A stretch of 64,000 nucleotides of DNA from IMG/VR virus record IMGVR_UViG_3300037493_003061, positions 789 to 64,788 of that record. One strand, given 5' to 3'. Origin of the DNA: a virus (taxonomy: Duplodnaviria; Caudoviricetes). Position 1 is the first letter of the stretch. Each line of letters opens with the position of its first letter. The translations under genes were made by a program, and so were the position numbers. The notes below the pieces were generated by a model. That model saw only the letters and a list, made by a program, of their open reading frames with translations. It ran no database searches and had not been told where the DNA came from. This document shows positions 61,760 through 64,000 of the stretch, in pieces.

Positions 61760-61821
61760 GTGTGTTTTTTTAACATTTATGAATTAAGATTAATCACACA
61801 ATTCATATGTTTAATTATTTG

Positions 61822-61904
61822 CGGAAGACGAGGGAATCGAACCCCCAAAGCTTTTACACCCAGCCGCTTTCAAGGCGGTGTCCTCGTCCATTCGGGCGCC
61901 TTCC
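61822..61904 (-). tRNA. tRNA-Ser(UGA), no encoded CCA
   Basis: Acceptor GGAAGGC/GTCTTCC, anticodon loop CTTGAAA, long variable arm, T-arm GGGGG-TTCGATT-CCCTC, discriminator G. Confidence 0.85.
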
Positions 61905-61907
61905 GTT

Positions 61908-62615
61908 TTATTTCTCATACAATTTAATAAAATCTTTACCGTATCGTTTTAATGTATAATCAAGATATTTTTCCATATCTTTTTTATATAAAACATTAAG
62001 GGGTTTACTAAATTGATTAATTTTTACCTTACTTTGTTCATCCAAATCATTAAAACATCTGCGACCTTTAATTTCAAAAAAGACCCCATCAATAATAAAA
62101 TCAGGATAATATTTTCTTTTTTTATTATTATAAATATATTCAAAACCTTCAATATTCCTCACAAAAGAAATATTATTTTCAATGTTATATATAACCCAAG
62201 CCAATTCCCAGCTACTATCACACCAATAACCTTTATACCAACCTTTTTTACCTTTACCGCTACCTTTTCTTAAACCACCTGATAATTGATTTAATCTCAT
62301 GGTGTTAGAAATTTTTTTTCTACGTTCAATTTCTTTTTCAAATGTTGATGAAACCCCTTTTGATTTACCTATTAATGAATCACTAATCTTTTTTTTATAT
62401 TCGTCGGTTAGTTGTTTACCTTTATTCCATGGGTTATATTGAAATCCTTCAATTTTCCATGGTGGTGTTCCGGTAAATTTACCTTTTTTCTTTAATGAAT
62501 CAGTCATTCTTTTAAATTCACAAGAATTTGGTGATTGTTCACAACACCCTTTACCTGATTTAAAAAAAAATTTTGCAACTTTCCCACAACCATATGAACA
62601 TATAATATCACTCAT
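61908..62615 (-). mobile_element. Free-standing homing-endonuclease-like gene (NUMOD3 + TnsA-like PD-(D/E)XK), abutting the tRNA
   Basis: CSYGCG, PWNKGKQLTDEYKKKIS, GWYKGYWCDSSWE, YYPDF...FEIKG. Confidence 0.7.
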
Positions 62616-62690
62616 TATACTAAAATAATAAAATCTATTTAACCGAAAAATAGTAAAGTAAAGTTCACTCAGTCAACTCTCCGTTTTTTA

Positions 62691-62719
62691 TTGATAAATA
62701 TATAAAATATGATTATTAT
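62691..62719 (+). promoter_or_regulatory. Sigma70-like promoter for the SNF2 helicase, overlapping a divergent TATTTATC motif
   Basis: TTGATA-N17-TATTAT on +; gataaata (62693-62700) reads TATTTATC on -. Confidence 0.5.
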
Positions 62720-62738
62720 TTAATTATTAAAGAAAGTT

Positions 62739-64000
62739 TTGGAAAATAATATCGTAAAAAATAATTTTGAAGTTGTTGAAAGGAAAGCTTTAAACATCTT
62801 AGAGGACTATTCAGGTTCTAATAATTTTATAATTAATTTAAAACAAAAATTTTTAACAAATAAGAATTTTGTTCCTACACGCTCACAATCTGACTATATT
62901 ATAACATACTCAAGTATCTCCCCAAAGGTTGCTAAAAAATGGGTTGAAATTGACCCCTATTTCGCAAAGAAGATTTCAGATGAAAAATTGTATACAACTG
63001 TACCTAAAGAAATTTGGGTTGAAAAATTATTAGTTGAGAAAGACAAAGCTTACCATATTTGGGGTAAAATATTCTCAGGTGAAACATTACATGACTTTTG
63101 GATGCCAAAAGGTGCGTTGATTAAAACACATACTACCGAAAAAGTTAACATTGATTATTCCAAATATGATAATAGACCCCCATTAGAACATCAAAAAGAG
63201 GCGATTGAGAAATTAGTTGGTACAAGACGTTTTATTTTGGCGGATGATATGGGTTTGGGAAAAACCACAAGTACAATTATCGCTGCGTTAGAAACGGGGG
63301 CTAAAAAGATTTTAATTATTTGTCCTGCGTCGTTGAAAATAAATTGGCAACGAGAAATTGCAAACTATACCGATAGAAGTGTCTATATTGCTGAGGGTAA
63401 AAACTTCTCATTGGACCACGACTTTGTGATTGTCAATTATGACATATTAAAAAACTTTCACGAATTAAAATCAAAAGAAGAAACATTAATATCTAAATTT
63501 AATCCTGAATTGATTATACTAGATGAAGCCCATTATGTTTCTAATGCTCAGGCCGCTAGAACTAAACTTGTTAATAATTTTGTATCAAAGGCTAAATACC
63601 TTTGGTTATTAACGGGAACACCAATGACTAACCGTCCTATGAATTATTTTAATTTGTTAAATCTAATTGAAAGCCCAACCGCACAAAATTGGCTCGCCTT
63701 TGCGATTAGATATTGTGGAGGTTATCAATTTACGGCTGGTAAGAAAAAGATATGGAATGTTCAAGGAGCGACAAACTTAGAAGAACTTAGAGATAGAACT
63801 TCAAGACAAGTATTAAGAAGATTAAAAACCGATGTACTGGATTTACCTGACAAAATTATAACACCTATTTATTTAAAATTACATTCTAAACTTTATGAAG
63901 GTTTAATGGGTGAATATATTGATTGGTATAACAAAAACCCTGAAGAAAGAAAATCGTTAACAATTCAGTTTAGTAAATTAATGAAAGTTAGACAAGTTAT
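62739..64000 (+). CDS. SNF2-family (HARP/SMARCAL1-like) helicase, 3'-truncated
   Basis: TTG start after an in-frame stop at 62721; ILADDMGLGKT, LIICPASL..NW..EI, ILDEAH, LLTGTPMTNRP; open to the window end. Confidence 0.92.
   Translation, partial: MENNIVKNNFEVVERKALNILEDYSGSNNFIINLKQKFLTNKNFVPTRSQSDYIITYSSISPKVAKKWVEIDPYFAKKISDEKLYTTVPKEIWVEKLLVEKDKAYHIWGKIFSGETLHDFWMPKGALIKTHTTEKVNIDYSKYDNRPPLEHQKEAIEKLVGTRRFILADDMGLGKTTSTIIAALETGAKKILIICPASLKINWQREIANYTDRSVYIAEGKNFSLDHDFVIVNYDILKNFHELKSKEETLISKFNPELIILDEAHYVSNAQAARTKLVNNFVSKAKYLWLLTGTPMTNRPMNYFNLLNLIESPTAQNWLAFAIRYCGGYQFTAGKKKIWNVQGATNLEELRDRTSRQVLRRLKTDVLDLPDKIITPIYLKLHSKLYEGLMGEYIDWYNKNPEERKSLTIQFSKLMKVRQV

Noticed and set aside
5342-62273. 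Other short nested or antisense ORFs in the track (e.g. 5342-5524, 31118-31441, 57948-58313, 62013-62273)
   Set aside because: Fully overlap well-supported genes and show no recognisable motifs.
3909-62615. Stop-codon reassignment (as in some large phages)
   Set aside because: Long intact genes in the standard code; TAG (nrdA) and TGA (glycosyltransferase) act as normal stops; the tRNA is Ser(UGA anticodon), not a suppressor.

Overview
AT-rich (low-GC) 64-kb piece of a large, T4-like contractile-tail (myovirus/jumbo) phage genome read in the standard genetic code. The host is probably Bacteroidota, judging by SprB repeats, a Bacteroidota-type OmpA domain and A-rich translation starts without Shine-Dalgarno sites. 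Almost all genes lie on the - strand. Read right to left they are: neck/tail-terminator genes, tail sheath, tail tube, tail chaperone with a probable +1 frameshift, tape measure, baseplate hub proteins, an embedded replication block (SSB, RecA/UvsX, 5'-3' exonuclease, DnaB-like helicase, nrdB, nrdA), gp25/gp6-like wedge genes, fibre/adhesin-like genes and RuvC. Also present are a 5'-truncated + strand mucin-like (Thr/Pro repeat) modular protein, three free-standing homing-endonuclease-like genes, a tRNA-Ser(UGA), two small ORFs missing from the ORF track and a 3'-truncated SNF2 helicase. The most notable hypothesis is a virion protein O-glycosylation system. It would consist of a GT95/GT96-like (plant HPAT/SERGT-like) glycosyltransferase inside the fibre cluster, mucin-like Thr/Pro tracts, and a dense [ST]-[GA]-x-[TS] motif concentrated in putative surface-exposed structural proteins. 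Late-type genes are preceded by TATTTAT(A), the reverse complement of the T4 late promoter. All family calls are by eye; no database search was run.
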